A DNA stretch of 63,922 nucleotides, the filler included, from Octopus bimaculoides (taxonomy: Eukaryota): the NCBI RefSeq assembly GCF_001194135.2. It is 6 parts of 5 records of this genome, joined end to end, with 100 filler letters (N's around TTAATTAATTAA, not from the genome) between each part and the next. Parts side by side here need not be neighbours in the genome. Positions count along the whole stretch, not along the records: positions 1 to 25,999 come from NC_068981.1; 5 more parts are not named here. One strand, 5' to 3'. Shown here piece after piece: positions 1 to 13,680 of this stretch. Position numbers and translations under genes: made by a program. Numbering within the stretch: the stretch's first letter is position 1; each line of letters starts with the position of its first letter. The notes under the pieces were generated by a model that saw only the letters and a program-made list of their open reading frames with translations, did no database searches and was not told the DNA's origin.

Positions 1-694
1 TATATATATATATATATATGTATATACATATATATGCATGGGTATTTTGGTTATCGCATTTACAGTCTTAAGTCTATATTAACAATGATTACGGAATTAT
101 CCCTCCGAGAATATAATAAATGTAGACGATTATTATTAAATTTAAACACTCGTATTTTTTATATATAAATTTATTTAAATAAATAAAAGATTTGTTGCAT
201 TGGTGATGTAATTATTTACATATTCTTTTGTTGCAGTTATACGAAGAAGTCTTAGATACTTAATTGTATGCTTTTATATAGATGCATATCTTATTGTTGT
301 GGTGAGAAACGACTATCTCGGATATGAAAGGATTTCAATTGGTATCGTATCATCCGTAAAACTGTTTTTGCTGCTTTTTAATTGTAATTATAGTATGACT
401 GAGTAGTTAACGCTCACGCTCAAAGCAATTTCGTCTTTTTTCTAAACCAAGTCCCTGAAATGAATTTATATATAATGGAACTGGGATTATGTATATCAGA
501 AAAATATATATATAAGTCGAAAGAATTTGTTGGCCTTTTATGGTGTTTATAATTATTTATGTTATATAATATCATGTTATGTTATATTATATACCTAGTA
601 TTTAAAGTAATATTGTGATATAAATAAACCATTGGATTGTTAATAGTATATCTCTATATTTGATTTATATATATATATATATATATATTAATAA

Positions 695-742
<48 letters not shown>

Positions 743-1344
743 CGATCAACAACAAAGCATAAGTTATTAACAAATATGTTACGAATGGTATAACAGCGAA
801 GAGCCACACACTATGCACTAATTACTATGCTATCTCGTAAATTATGTAGGTTACTCATAAGTGTGTAGATATTAGTATAAACACTCTTATCTCATAGACA
901 CATGAAACATACAGTTATAGACACACCATATAAACGAATCTAACTTTAAACAATGCTAATACTTTTACATTCCTCTATTTCTACTTAAAATTTTACTACT
1001 GCTATACACATATTCTAAGACATATGTTTATTTCCTGTCTCTAACATTAGTTTGAGATTGCGACGAGATTTATAATACCGCTTCTATTTACTTCGCCATT
1101 ACCATTTACTCAGATTTTTTTCACCCGCAGCTCTATTTCATTTCTTTGTTTTCATGTTTATATTTTTGAGGTTTATATGTTCCTGGAAAGTTATTGACAT
1201 TCGTAATTAATAATATCTGAGATAGCAAAGTTTACATACAGATTTTTTAAAGTTCTTCTGTAGAAATGAACTATACAAATGGAAAAATACTTCCATCTAC
1301 GTAGCAATGCATCTGTCGACATATATGTGCGTGAGCATGTTTAT

Positions 1345-1385
<41 letters not shown>

Positions 1386-1524
1386 NNNNNNNNNNNNNNN
1401 NNNNNNNNNNNNNNNNNNNNNNNNNNNNNNNNNNNNNNNNNNNNNNNNNNNNNNNNNNNNNNNNNNNNNNNNNNNNNNNNNNNNNNNNNNNNNNNNNNNN
1501 NNNNNNNNNNNNNNNNNNNNNNNN

Positions 1525-1568
<44 letters not shown>

Positions 1569-2829
1569 ATATGTGTTTGCGTGATTTTAATGACAAAACC
1601 TTTCAAATTTGACCTATTCTGGTAGGTACTTTTATATTTCTTTTCCCGCGTATTGTCATTTCTATATTCATTAGCGTTTCGAAGGTATGAAAGTGCCATC
1701 CCGAAAATGAACTCGTTACTGTATTTCATGTCTCAAGAAAAATCATCATATTAATAAATATATTTCTCTCCGTGTTTCACCATGTATTTTAAAAAGTACA
1801 AAGAAATCATCGTTGCACGCTATAATGCAATACACGCAATATAACTTTATGAGAACACAATAGTTAATAACTTATTGAATAAGTATAGAATACCGCAAAG
1901 TGTTGATTATATTAAATTTTTTTCTAATTGAAAAAATATATATTAATAGCTAGACACAGCACACATTAAATCGACTGTGAAATCTACCGGATGTAACAGC
2001 CCAATACAATTTAAATACGTCTTTCAGATATAGAAGCCAATTTTTAGTACTATTGTGACCTTTGCAATTCAACGCTAAACCTTTGAAATTACTATTTTAC
2101 AATCTTATATTTTTGTGTTTCAAGCTGCTACAGATTTGAATCTTCGATGTTCTAACGGATTTAAGAGCACTAATGTACCTAATTGGAGATGTAGGGCAAA
2201 TTAATAATGTTGAAAAATAGCAAATAAAAATATAAAAACTTTAAATTACTGTTTCATAGAATACTATGCTGGACGTGTCCGCACCTAATCTCGCACTCTC
2301 ACATGCATAGAAACACTGACGCTTACATACGCTAGAGAATCAGAAGTTCACACATATATGTACAATGATAAATATTTATATATGTATATGTGCGTGTGTG
2401 TAAGCTGATTGGGAACAACTTTTCAGTAAGTATTTTAACACAACTATATTCGAGGAGGATTCTTTTTTTTACCAGAAATTGCAATGTTTGCGCGTGTGCA
2501 TGCGTGTGCGCGCGAATTCGTCTGTGTTTTACACATGATAGCACCTGCAAGAATATTCGTGATTCTTTCGATTTTTGCAAGCATCACAGTACAATCTTAT
2601 AATTTCGAATCACGATATAAGCGTGTCTAGTATTGTAAATTTCACCATTTGAAGAAGCACTCAATTTACTTATAGACTTAAGCGACCATTCTTCTAGTTT
2701 TTTTAAACGTGTACATCTAGCACACACACATATCCATACATACATACATACATACATACATACATACATNNNNNNNNNNNNNNNNNNNNNNNNNNNNNNN
2801 NNNNNNNNNNNNNNNNNNNNNNNNNNNNN

Positions 2830-4085
2830 TGGTCATCCCGTACATAATGTAGTTTTTTGAACTTCATTAAATAAAAGTCGGAGGGTGACATGATAAACAA
2901 CCTGCTTCAACTTGTTATAAAAACAGGTAGTAATTTTACCTTCTATTACTCATAGAGCATGCTTTAAGAGTGCGGTTCGATTTTAACAGTTAATTTTCAA
3001 GGCTATAATGGAAGTGACAAAGGAGCATATTCGGTATATTTTGCTTTATGAGTGCAGTAAGGGCAACAACGCAACAGAAAGTGCGAGGTATATTAATGCA
3101 GCATATGGCGATCCGACAATAAGAGTTAGTCACTGTCAACGGTGGTTCCAAAATTTCCGAGCCACAATCTACGGCCTAGAAGAAGAAACCCTCCTGGAAG
3201 ATCTGTCGAGATCATCGAGGTCGTTCTGCAAACTGTGGTGGAGCAAAATCCCATCGTAACTGTTAAGGAACTAGCAGTGAAGCTTGGATTTAGTCGATCA
3301 ACCTTTCCTCGGCGCCTGCATGCCATCGGAAAAGCCAGCAAACTGTGTCAATGGGTTCTTCACAAACTTTCCTCAAATATTTTCATGTGCAGAGACTGAT
3401 TATATGCTCTCCTTTGTTGTCACGTCTCACGATGGAACCGTTTTGGAACCGAGTAGTGACTTGTAACGAGAAATGAATTATCTATAAAAATGTCAAGCGC
3501 CGACGACAGTGGCTAGGGAAAGGCGAAATACCGGCACCCCAGACTATAGAAGATCTTCACACACGTAAGTTGTTGTTATCTATTTGGTGGGATATGAAAG
3601 GTTTAGTCCACTTTGAACTTTCAAACCCAAACCAAACGCTAACAATTGAGATCTACTGCGAGCAGCTTGAGCAGCTTAAGTCAGAAATAGATGAAAAACC
3701 ACCATCTTTGGTTTGAAGACGAAAGGTGTTCTTCCATCAGGATAATGCTCATCCACATACATCGAGGATGACACTCCAAAGGCTGGAAGATTTGAAACGA
3801 TATCCCACCAATCATATTCGCCGAACATTGCCGCACGTGATTATCATTTATTTCACAGTCTTCAAAATCATTTGCACCAGAAAATTATGAATTTTGTAGA
3901 TGCGGTGAGAAACTTATTGGAGGAGTATTTTTCGGCACGAAGAAATGAATTTCAGAAGTCTACCAGATAGAAGAATATTGTAGAAAAATGAAGGAGTGTG
4001 TGTTTTAGATTTAAAAATAAGTCTGTTTATCTTAATTTTGCTAAATAAAAGTAGTATATAAAACACCGCATTATTATTCAAATTT
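2830..4085 (+). mobile_element. Mariner (DD34D) DNA transposon, near full length, decayed
   Basis: Frameshifted transposase from 3008: MEVTKEHIRYILLYE..GNNAT (HTH), WV(P)HKLS, IWWDMKG, FHQDNAHPH and a YSPNIAARDYHLF-like third-Asp motif. Degenerate TIRs: GGTCATCCCGTACATAATGTAGTTTTT at 2831 versus reverse-complement ATAATAATGCGGTGTTTT near 4061-4080. Confidence 0.9.
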
Positions 4086-4559
4086 GAACGAAAAAGACAA
4101 AAAAAAAAACTAAAAAAAAACAAGAGATTGAGATAGATGAGGGAAAATGAGTGCAGGTGTATTAGTTTGATGTTCAGGAAAATGGAAGAGTTTGTGACGC
4201 ATCCAGCCTCTGGGCTTCTACAGAACAGCATGAGGAAAGAAAACTCATGTTGGGAACAAAAAGAAAGAGAAATGAGTGTGTACGTTCTTATATATGTACA
4301 TATGTATAACATACACACACACATATATGTATAAGTATATAATCCACACACACACATATATAGATATGTAAATGCGCACTAATGCTGTAGGAACACACAG
4401 CACAGATAGTAATCAAGTTACTTGCTATTAATGATTCTCTAATTACACCGAATTATTGCTAGCATTTAAACCAACCAGATCTGGTCTATCACACATACCC
4501 TACAGGTACGTTGGTAGCAAAAGCAAATATAACATTCAGATCTCGAATCTATAGTTTAA

Positions 4560-5488
4560 TGTAAATCAATTCAAAACAAGGTGAACGAATGACCTTCAGA
4601 TAGACATAAAATAACACAAAAAAGTTTTACATACATTGAATATATCATCCTGAATAATTGCGTATCATCCTCAACAGTTCCGCAAACAACGAATTTGATC
4701 AGATAAAATGCTCAAATAGGCTTGACTATTAATTCTGCCATGAAGGGAAAGCATTGGGCCAGCGGATTTCCAAGATATAGCTCCCCGGATCATCACAGAT
4801 CCTCCTCTATGTTTAACAGTTGGAAGAAGGCAGTCTAAATCAAGTGCTTCTTATGGCTGTCTCCACACGTTTACTCGGCCGGTGGTCGGAAATAAGGTAC
4901 AGGATGACTCGTCCTAGAAAATAACATTCTTCCACTGCTCTACGGAAACATTTTATAGGTTTTATTCCACTCTGAACCCTTGCGAACATTTGTTTCTGAA
5001 AATAGTGTATTTTCTGAATGCAGCCCTTCCGGCAAACAGTTTCTGTGAAAACTGGGTTCTCGAGTTGGTCATTAAGCACTGCAATAATTTTGGGTGCTGT
5101 ATTTTTGTGATCCTCTCGCGTAAGAGTCCGACAGTCCCTATCTGAGAGTTTTGGTTTTCATCTTGAGATTTTTCCCTCTTTCTCAAAGGTTGTCATTACT
5201 TTCGAGACAGTACCTTTTCATACACCGAACATTTTGGCTGGTTTCGTTACGCTAGAGCCCCAACAGTCTGACCTTTTGAAAGTCCGATAGATCTGTCATT
5301 TCAATGAATTTTAGTTACCTTTTTCTGATGATGTCTGAAAAGAAACAGCAATTTTAGCAAAACATTAACCAACACTAATAATAAATCAAAAAACATAAAA
5401 ATAAACAAGCTTTCGACGGTTTTCTAGATAATTCAAAATTATGATGGTGTGATGCTAGGTGTTTCCATTTTTCTGCCCAACCCCTGTA
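4560..5488 (-). mobile_element. Tc1-like transposon relic with intact 5' TIR
   Basis: Minus-strand pieces MTDLSDFQK, KPKLSDRDCRTL, LNDQLENPV, GRAAFRK, LLPTVKHRGGSVM, GRINSQAYLSILSDQ. 5' end TA-CAGGGGTTGGGCAGAAAAATGGAAACACC ends at 5488. The 3' TIR was not found. Confidence 0.85.
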
Positions 5489-5497
5489 TACACATAA

Positions 5498-5587
<90 letters not shown>

Positions 5588-5594
5588 GTTTGTA

Positions 5595-5713
5595 TACAGG
5601 GGTATTTTTGGGGAGTTTTTGAGGTGGTAAGCCTCTCCACGCGCTAGAAAAATAGACGCCTAAAGACGTTATTACCACCTCAAAAACTCCGAAAAAATAA
5701 AACACACGCTGTA
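5595..5713. mobile_element. 119-bp TA-flanked MITE
   Basis: TA-CAG...CTG-TA ends; inner 19 bp of the arms (GGAGTTTTTGAGGTGGTAA / TTACCACCTCAAAAACTCC) are a perfect inverted repeat. Confidence 0.8.
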
Positions 5714-6037
5714 GTCGGGCAAAAGAAAGAGAATGAACTAAACTGTTGGTTAACCGTGTACAAGATCCTGTTTCAAGATTAACGTAACAAAAAATATATG
5801 TCCTGCTCTCATCAGTAACGATATCCTATAGCATATATTTACGAGTACCTACACATACGTATACGAGCAGCGACTTCGTACAGTAATATATATACACTCT
5901 AGTAGAAATATACAGTAAAATAGAATTCTCATCTCTCCTTTCAACTCCGTGCAGTATATAAAAAAAACTCTGCAGTGAATGCAGTTTTGATCAAGGAGTA
6001 CAGCTTTCAAATATTAATTATAATAAGGGAAAAATCA

Positions 6038-6234
6038 TTAATGATTTTACCAAGGGGGTCAGAGCGGATATAAAGATCTTATGGTAATAGCGTCATTAGG
6101 CGTGTATTTTCCTAGCGCACAGAGAGGTTTGTAGCCAATCCCTTGTTATAATTATGTATGTAATTATTAAATTATTTATAAAATTTACTTATCAGGTTTT
6201 CATTTCCGCGCTGATCCCTTGGTAAAATCATTAA
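6038..6234. mobile_element. 197-bp inverted-repeat element bounded by TTAA (MITE-like)
   Basis: About 30-bp arms at 6038-6068 and 6205-6234; the outer 19 bp TTAATGATTTTACCAAGGG match perfectly in inverted orientation. Confidence 0.7.
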
Positions 6235-7520
6235 CGTCTTTAGCCGTATTATTGTTTATATATATATANNNNNNNNNNNNNNNNNNNNNNNNNNNNNNNN
6301 NNNNNNNNNNNNNNNNNNNNNNNNNNNNNNNNNNNNNNNNNNNNNNNNNNNNNNNNNNNNNNNNNNNNNNNNNNNNNNNNNNNNNNNNNNNNNNNNNNNN
6401 NNNNNNNNNNNNNNNNNNNNNNNNNNNNNNNNNNNNNNNNNNNNNNNNNNNNNNNNNNNNNNNNNNNNNNNNNNNNNNNNNNNNNNNNNNNNNNNNNNNN
6501 NNNNNNNNNNNNNNNNNNNNNNNNNNNNNNNNNNNNNNNNNNNNNNNNNNNNNNNNNNNNNNNNNNNNNNNNNNNNNNNNNNNNNNNNNNNNNNNNNNNN
6601 NNNNNNNNNNNNNNNNNNNNNNNNNNNNNNNNNNNNNNNNNNNNNNNNNNNNNNNNNNNNNNNNNNNNNNNNNNNNNNNNNNNNNNNNNNNNNNNNNNNN
6701 NNNNNNNNNNNNNNNNNNNNNNNNNNNNNNNNNNNNNNNNNNNNNNNNNNNNNNNNNNNNNNNNNNNNNNNNNNNNNNNNNNNNNNNNNNNNNNNNNNNN
6801 NNNNNNNNNNNNNNNNNNNNNNNNNNNNNNNNNNNNNNNNNNNNNNNNNNNNNNNNNNNNNNNNNNNNNNNNNNNNNNNNNNNNNNNNNNNNNNNNNNNN
6901 NNNNNNNNNNNNNNNNNNNNNNNNNNNNNNNNNNNNNNNNNNNNNNNNNNNNNNNNNNNNNNNNNNNNNNNNNNNNNNNNNNNNNNNNNNNNNNNNNNNN
7001 NNNNNNNNNNNNNNNNNNNNNNNNNNNNNNNNNNNNNNNNNNNNNNNNNNNNNNNNNNNNNNNNNNNNNNNNNNNNNNNNNNNNNNNNNNNNNNNNNNNN
7101 NNNNNNNNNNNNNNNNNNNNNNNNNNNNNNNNNNNNNNNNNNNNNNNNNNNNNNNNNNNNNNNNNNNNNNNNNNNNNNNNNNNTATATATATATATATAT
7201 ATATATATATCTGTGTGTGTGTGCGTATGTGTGTGTGTATGTGTGTGTATGCGTGTATGCGTGTTTGTGTGTTTATAATAAACGGATACATACATACGTG
7301 AGTAGGTAGGTAGGTATGTAGATTGGTAGGTAGGTAGGTAGGTAGGTAGGTAGGCAGGTAGGTAGGTAGGTAGGTAGATGACATTGTCCTTATTACTAAA
7401 TCTCTTGGATATGTTTCTGTCCACGACCTGGCAATGACCACCATTTTCAGGTTTTGTATTCGCGATTAAATATTCACACACGCACGCATACACATACACA
7501 TAAACACATACACACATATA

Positions 7521-7649
7521 ATCTTTTCTACTCTAGGCACAAGACCGGAAATTTTGGGGGAGGGGCAGTCGATTGGATCGACCCCAGTACGCAACTGGTA
7601 CTTAATTTATCGATCCCTAAAGGATGAAATGCAAAAGCCAACCTCGGCG
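7521..7649 (-). mobile_element. SINE fragment (family of the full copy at 55093)
   Basis: GATCGACCCCAGTACGCAACTGGTACTTAATTTATCGA..AAGGATGAAA matches copies at 16915, 52871, 53122 and 55093. Confidence 0.85.
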
Positions 7650-8799
7650 TGATACAGACACACATACATTGCCACCGCTAAACTTCATTAACCACAATTC
7701 GACACAGAAAGTCTTTTCGTAGACTAATCATATTTATGCGAATATAAGAAATGTTATAGCTTCCAAAGTTTTACTTGGAATTTTTTCTCTGAATATAAAA
7801 TTTTTAGATCTATCAGAATTTGTTTTTAAAAAATGATTTTTAAAATGTTCGTGTCATTTTCCATGTATTGCAAGTTGTCGTTATCATTATTTGGTGTTGT
7901 TCAAAGTGAAATATAAATCTGGCTGATGTTTACCATACCATTTCAATTTTTGCAAAAAGGTGTTGCTGATGACAGTGATTTAGTACCTGTCAATGCTGCT
8001 GGTATTAGTTTGCTATTTTAGCTTTCCGTTTCGCTAATTTTTCTTTTTCAAGTTGTCTAAGACCAACAACTCTCAGCTATCTCTGACACCATCTTAATGA
8101 ACAAAAATGAAAATAACGTTGTAAGTACTGATATCATCAGAACATCACTTGGAGTTCTCAGAGATCCATGAAATATGTAATTCTTTTTCAGTATTTTTTT
8201 TTTCACAGGCGTTTGTTCTAGCCTTATTTTGTTTCCATAGACCCATAAAAATGAAATATAATTTTGAAGAGATGTTATTTTATGGAAATGGAATCTATAA
8301 TCTGTAATTTTAGAACTGTTGTTAATCGCTTTCATTAATTTAGCCAGCAGGCCTACTTATCTGCCCCAGGCATGGGAATTACAGAGGTATACAAAAGCTA
8401 CCTGGCTTAGTAAGCCTGCCGTACAATTAAATGGTTTCTACATCACTACTCTGTTCCTGGTTCCTCTTATTTTAAGACTGTTTTCTTTTTGTTCCAATTG
8501 GGATTAAATTTTCGCACAGACTATTCTAAATGCTACAGAAAATTTGTCTGGAGCTCAGGGGAGAAAACGTTACCACTAAAAGTTTTGTAGAAATACTGCT
8601 GTATTGGCTTGAACACAACAACTTACAGAATGTTTCTTCGCTTTGTAGAAGGAAAAATTGTGATTATCAGTACTAGACTTTCCATACGAGGAACTAGCCA
8701 CATTCCCTATTGCTCTCCTGAAATTAAGATTAATATTCCAGCACAAAATATTGAAAATGATGTATCACCACATTCTGTTGAGATGAATATTAAGATCTC

Positions 8800-10620
8800 A
8801 TTATGAGCTCCAATCTCAGCAATTATTTTCTACCAAAACTTAGTTATGTCCAAACAAAAATGCATCTGATACCTAACCTGAAAGACAATGCCATTATCAA
8901 TCAGGTAAAGACAAACTGGATTGACACAACTTTTGTTTAGAAGTTAAATGTTTTCTACTATCCATTGGAATGATGAGTATCATTTGAAAGTGTCTTGAAT
9001 AACCCGATAAAATTTGCATTTTGTAACTTTTTCTGTACTTTGATATCATGCATGTGACAAGATTTAAAACACGGACTGCCTTAGTGATTGGGAACAGGAA
9101 AAAAGGAAAACACATTAAGAAAACCAAATGATTTTTTACATACAAGAAGAGAATACAGGAAGTAAATAAGAAATAATGACAAAAGACTTTCGCCGTGTTT
9201 TGCCCGTATTAATATATCAAGCCATGAGAAATCTGGTACTGACGATATGTTTTGGAAAGATGGAACTTATTGCACAATTTCATACATTTCTGGTGGATCA
9301 CTTAAAAGTATTTTGCAATCCTGGACGTGGTAAATAGATTTACTAATCGCCTACCATCTGAAGAAATTGTTCTCTTAATGTCAAAACATGTTAAGATCCA
9401 TACTGATGCAGAACTTATTCTACCATGTATTCTCAACTTCCGTAGGTTCAACTCCAGGTCGTACTTATGTTGACTAGCACTCATTGTGCATTATGTTGTT
9501 TCTGGGATACAATGTAAATATGTTTCAATGTAAAATTAGTTTTCTACATTTTTTGCGGCCTGATCTCTTATTCTCTTACTTCTTTCAGTCATGTTGGAGC
9601 ACCGCCTTTACTCGAACTCAGTGACCCCAGGACATATTCTTTGTAGGTCTTGTACTTATTCTATCGGTCTTTTTGCCGAACCTCAAAGTTACGGGGACGT
9701 AAACATACCAACATTGGTTGTCAAGTAATGGTGGACGCGGGTACAAACGCTGACGCACAAATACAGTTTCCGTGTAGCAAATCTACTCAAAAGGCTTTTC
9801 TAAAAAATAGAGTTGAAGTTTGCAGGGTAGCAGTCTAATGACAACATCCGTAATATGTCCGGTCCCTACATATGAACCTAAAGCAGATTTAACGTATGAA
9901 CCCGGCAAGGGTTTTTATTCTTTGCACTGCTTCTTCATATTATGTCGAAACATTTAGCTCTTTTGGCTTCATACAAAATTGTACACCGCTATTATTTCTG
10001 CACCACCACACAGATGGAAAAATTGAATGGGATATTTGGAAGGAAATGAAAGGGCACTAACTATTAATTTCTTGATACACGTTCACTGCTCAGCAAGAGC
10101 TAAGACTACTGAAGGCTTCATTGATAGATATAACTACATTCAAAATGCATTCAGAGATTTTGAAGATGATTTGGAACAAATATCTAAAGTAAGATAAGAA
10201 GCTCAGACTTTGACACATACAATGAAATTATCATGAAGTTATTTGATATTTTCATACGGTTTAATATTTGAAAAAAATCATTTGTTTGCTGTCAAGGAAT
10301 TGAAATTTATCTGAATAATGTGGTGAAACTAATTTATTTTTTAGAGAACTTTCTGAAATCATTTCGGAATAGATTTGAAGTGGATGCTAGGAACATGCAT
10401 GGAAACACAGACTACAAGGCAACAACAGGCAGATTAAGGAAGAGAAGCAAACCCGACGCTTACCCAGTATCAGCCACGGAGGTGTCCATTTTGCAAGAGA
10501 AAAATTCCCATACATGACATTCTCTGTCATTTTAGATCAGTTGTCTGTTGCCATATAAATCAATGGAGGAAAATAGTGGATGAGAAAATTGTTTTCGTTT
10601 GGTGAGAGGTGGGTACTTGT
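8800..10620 (+). mobile_element. hAT transposase relic (ZMYM1-like type), interrupted by a SINE
   Basis: Reading across frameshifts: MELIAQFHTFLVDHLKVFCNPGRGK, EEIVLLMSKHV, STSVGSTPGRTYVD (first catalytic region, cf. SVDSTPD..HVDQ), QSNDNIRNMSG (cf. GQSYDNASNMSG), SAPPHRW, and VILDQL near 10530. Confidence 0.7.
9570..9790 (-). mobile_element. SINE 3' portion (internal-microsatellite family) inserted into the hAT relic
   Basis: TGGAGCACCGCCTTTA..TACTTATTCTATCGGTC..GTTACGGGGACGTAAACA shared with 15630, 29390, 30110, 39911, 59830, 60200 and 61617. Confidence 0.85.
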
Positions 10621-12099
10621 AAAGGGGTGAATATAGGGATTACGGCTTGCGTTTTGGCCTTGTTTTAGGCTGGAAATATCTTTGGAGCTTCGTAGTTTGA
10701 AGCGTTTTTGTTTGTTGGGGCAACGTGTAAATGTTTCTTCGCTTTTGTCGAGGACGCTCATCCCCAATATCAGTTCTTATAATTTTTCCGTGGTGTAGAG
10801 ACCTAACCTGCTACTCTGTACCTTCCCCTTATTTGTTTTGATACGGATGCTCCCGTTTATAAGTGGCGAATCACCATCTTCCACAAACTCCATGTACACT
10901 TAGATGAGTATTATTAGATAGGACGTTCTAAACGAAGGCGAGTGTTGTACAAATCATTGTTTGAAAGTGTTCCATGTTAAACCAATGTAAATTTACAATG
11001 TAGGTCTACCAATGTAAAAATAAAATTATGTTTCATTGGCCAGCACCGCTCCTTTTTTGTGCATATACCTATTTCGAGATGCTGCTTTCCTAATTTTGCC
11101 ACTTTATAATTTTCAACTGCTTACCATTCCACATTTTTTTTATTTCATCAACTGTAGTCGACAATGTAATTCCAGCCCGTATTAGTTCCATATTAATCTT
11201 ACATATTTTGGCCGATTCAATTGCTGTTCGTCACCGCCATTTCATTATATCATTCATATACTTCGTTTTGTGAATTCTTGTGTTGAAACAAAAAAGCTTA
11301 AGCTGACATCCAAATACTACTAAATCATTGTTATATTTCTTAAATTGGTAATGCTATGAACCTTTTGCGTTTCATGTCTAATGTCTCTCAGCTGTCATTA
11401 TATTCGCCGGGGAAACGGTTGTGCTCTACGACATTCTTATTATTCTGCCTCCAATTACATTTCGATTCGTATTTTTTCATCATCTACAAGCTTGTTACTG
11501 TACAGATCAGTTTTGATATGGACATTTTCTGGTGCCTGCTTTGGGATGTCTTTACATTTCACATATTGAGTCATCATAACTGCTGCGTGTTATATATTTC
11601 AGCGGTTCACAAGGTCACATGTTTAAACCATTTTGCATTTACACATATATCTCAGTTATCTCCATAGTTTCCCTCCCAAGTCCCACTGAATCTTTTGTAT
11701 AAATTTGTATGAATTTGAACATTTCTCTTTTTCGATTTGTTCTTATTTTATCGTTTGTATTAATTCAATACAGTGAGCTTCTCGGTTATAAATACTTCCT
11801 GAAAACACAGTTTCACTTAACTAACATGGTTTTTATCTCTTGTACTTAGAGTTAAGTATAGCTGTGAGTTTTATCGTTGTTTATAGCTGCGAGGACTGCT
11901 TGTTGAGTAATCTTATCTGACATTTGTTTCGATGGAAGATTTTCATTATCTACAGTTAGTTGTGAATAATGTGGTAAAAAGTTTTAGATAAATTCGGTTT
12001 CCTTTGTTTCTATACTTAAGTTAGATTTTAGGCTTAACTAAATTATGCTTTATTTTTGCATTTTCTTAGATTAATTGCATATTCATTTTTAATTAATTG

Positions 12100-13450
12100 C
12101 TGAGTCCTGACGAAGAGTTGGTGACTTGATGGATTTCCCAGGTGGCGAGCATCATGTCGTTAATTTTCCGATGAAGATGTTTCCGTTCAACTTCCGGAGC
12201 AATGACGTGATGGGAAAAGTGATTCCGAAGGGCCGGCATTTTGAGAAGGGCTTAGCATAGTTATTAGTGCGGGTCCACGGAGGAGGAGGAGGCTATATGC
12301 CGGTCTTGTTTATTTTCCTCCGAATGGCTACATCACAGCCACGTGTAAATCACTTGTCAGGTTTGAGACAGTGGATTCTGAAGCACATGTATTGCTTAAG
12401 ACAGCTGGCATAAAACTTGTGAAGATCCGACTAGTCTGATGACTTGACATGTCACATGGTCCTAGAGGAAAAGTAGTGCGTATTATGTGATTGTATATGG
12501 AGCATTTTTGAAGATGTAGTAGCTAGACGACCCGACAGGCCCAGATGCAGTTACTGTTTGAGAGATATTATGTTTGGGGGTACAAACAGTATGAAGTCAT
12601 ATGTGACTACGTGTCGGTCAGTAACGCTATTAAGAAATAATCAAGATCAAGTAAAGAGGTTAGAACTGCAAAATATTCAGCTTTCTTACCGGCAGCATAG
12701 CCAGTAAGAAATGTGAGCGTTGTAGGCATGAGTAGATGTGAACACTGAAGTTACAAATTGTAGTGGAAATTTAGAAAGCAGGATAGATGTTTTCATTTAC
12801 AGAGAAGATATGGTGAAAAATGTCTGATAAAGGATTTCGGAGCGCAAATTCATTTAAGTAAATGAGAGAGAAATATATACATCATGTGTGAATAAAAGAA
12901 GCTAACGTTTTCGAAATCAAGGCGAAACACCTGGTGAGTTGATTCTACATATGAGTAGACACAACGTTCGGGAGTGTATTTTAAAAAGCGGTGATGATTT
13001 GTAGAAAACTGTTGAGAAATTTCTGCTTCAAAGAGAAACATGTGTGCTGTACGTTTAAGTGAGAAAAGATGGTACGGAAAGAAAGAGAAAAGGTAAAAAC
13101 CAAAGGGTTAGTATTAGATGAGAATGCAGTTATATGCTGGAGTAAGAAAGTGTGCTGGAGGTCGTAAGAGGCATGACTGTATAAGATATAGAAAATATCT
13201 AATTATAGAGGTTGGCATAGGGGATGTGTGTCTAGTGGTATGGAGTGTATAAGTTTTGTTGGATTGACAGTTGGTGCGTGGAGTTGTGAAAATATAGGAG
13301 TGTACGGCGTAGGGTAGTGGGGTATATGGGAGGACGAATGTAGATGTAAAATGATTGCATATGAGAGAAAGGAGTGACGAGGAGGAGTAAATAGCACACA
13401 AACATATATATGTGTATGAAAATATATCTGAAACATACGAACAATGCATT
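12100..13450 (-). mobile_element. Possible highly decayed Penelope-like element
   Basis: Weak minus-strand similarity to PLE GIY-YIG region motifs (IISQTVTASGPVGSS, HQTSRIF, RIHCLK) with PLE-like pyrimidine-rich coding-strand composition. No intact motif. Confidence 0.3.
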
Positions 13451-13496
13451 CGTAAATGAACTCTCACGCACACACATATATACATACATACATACA

Positions 13497-13527
<31 letters not shown>

Positions 13528-13528
<1 letters not shown>

Positions 13529-13680
13529 GCTCGTCGAAACGCCGGTGTTAAAACGTGGGTGGCTGATGAAGGAGACTGTTCTCTATGTGGCTCGTGTGTT
13601 CTCGTCTACGTTTGTTTGCAATGTCCTGTACCCAGATATGCACCTATACATACAGGTGGATGTCGGTATGCACATACCTG
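13528..13680 (+). repeat. Dispersed repeat containing GAAAC...CTGATGAAGG; related pieces at 25900-26000 (-) and 34400-34495 (-)
   Basis: Shared (C)TGATGAAGG start; 13528 and 25900 also share CTATGTGGC and TGTACCCAG. Confidence 0.55.

Noticed and set aside
12106-12135. CTGACGAAGAGT..ACTT hammerhead-like start
   Set aside because: No GAAA follows the putative stem II, so the core is incomplete.
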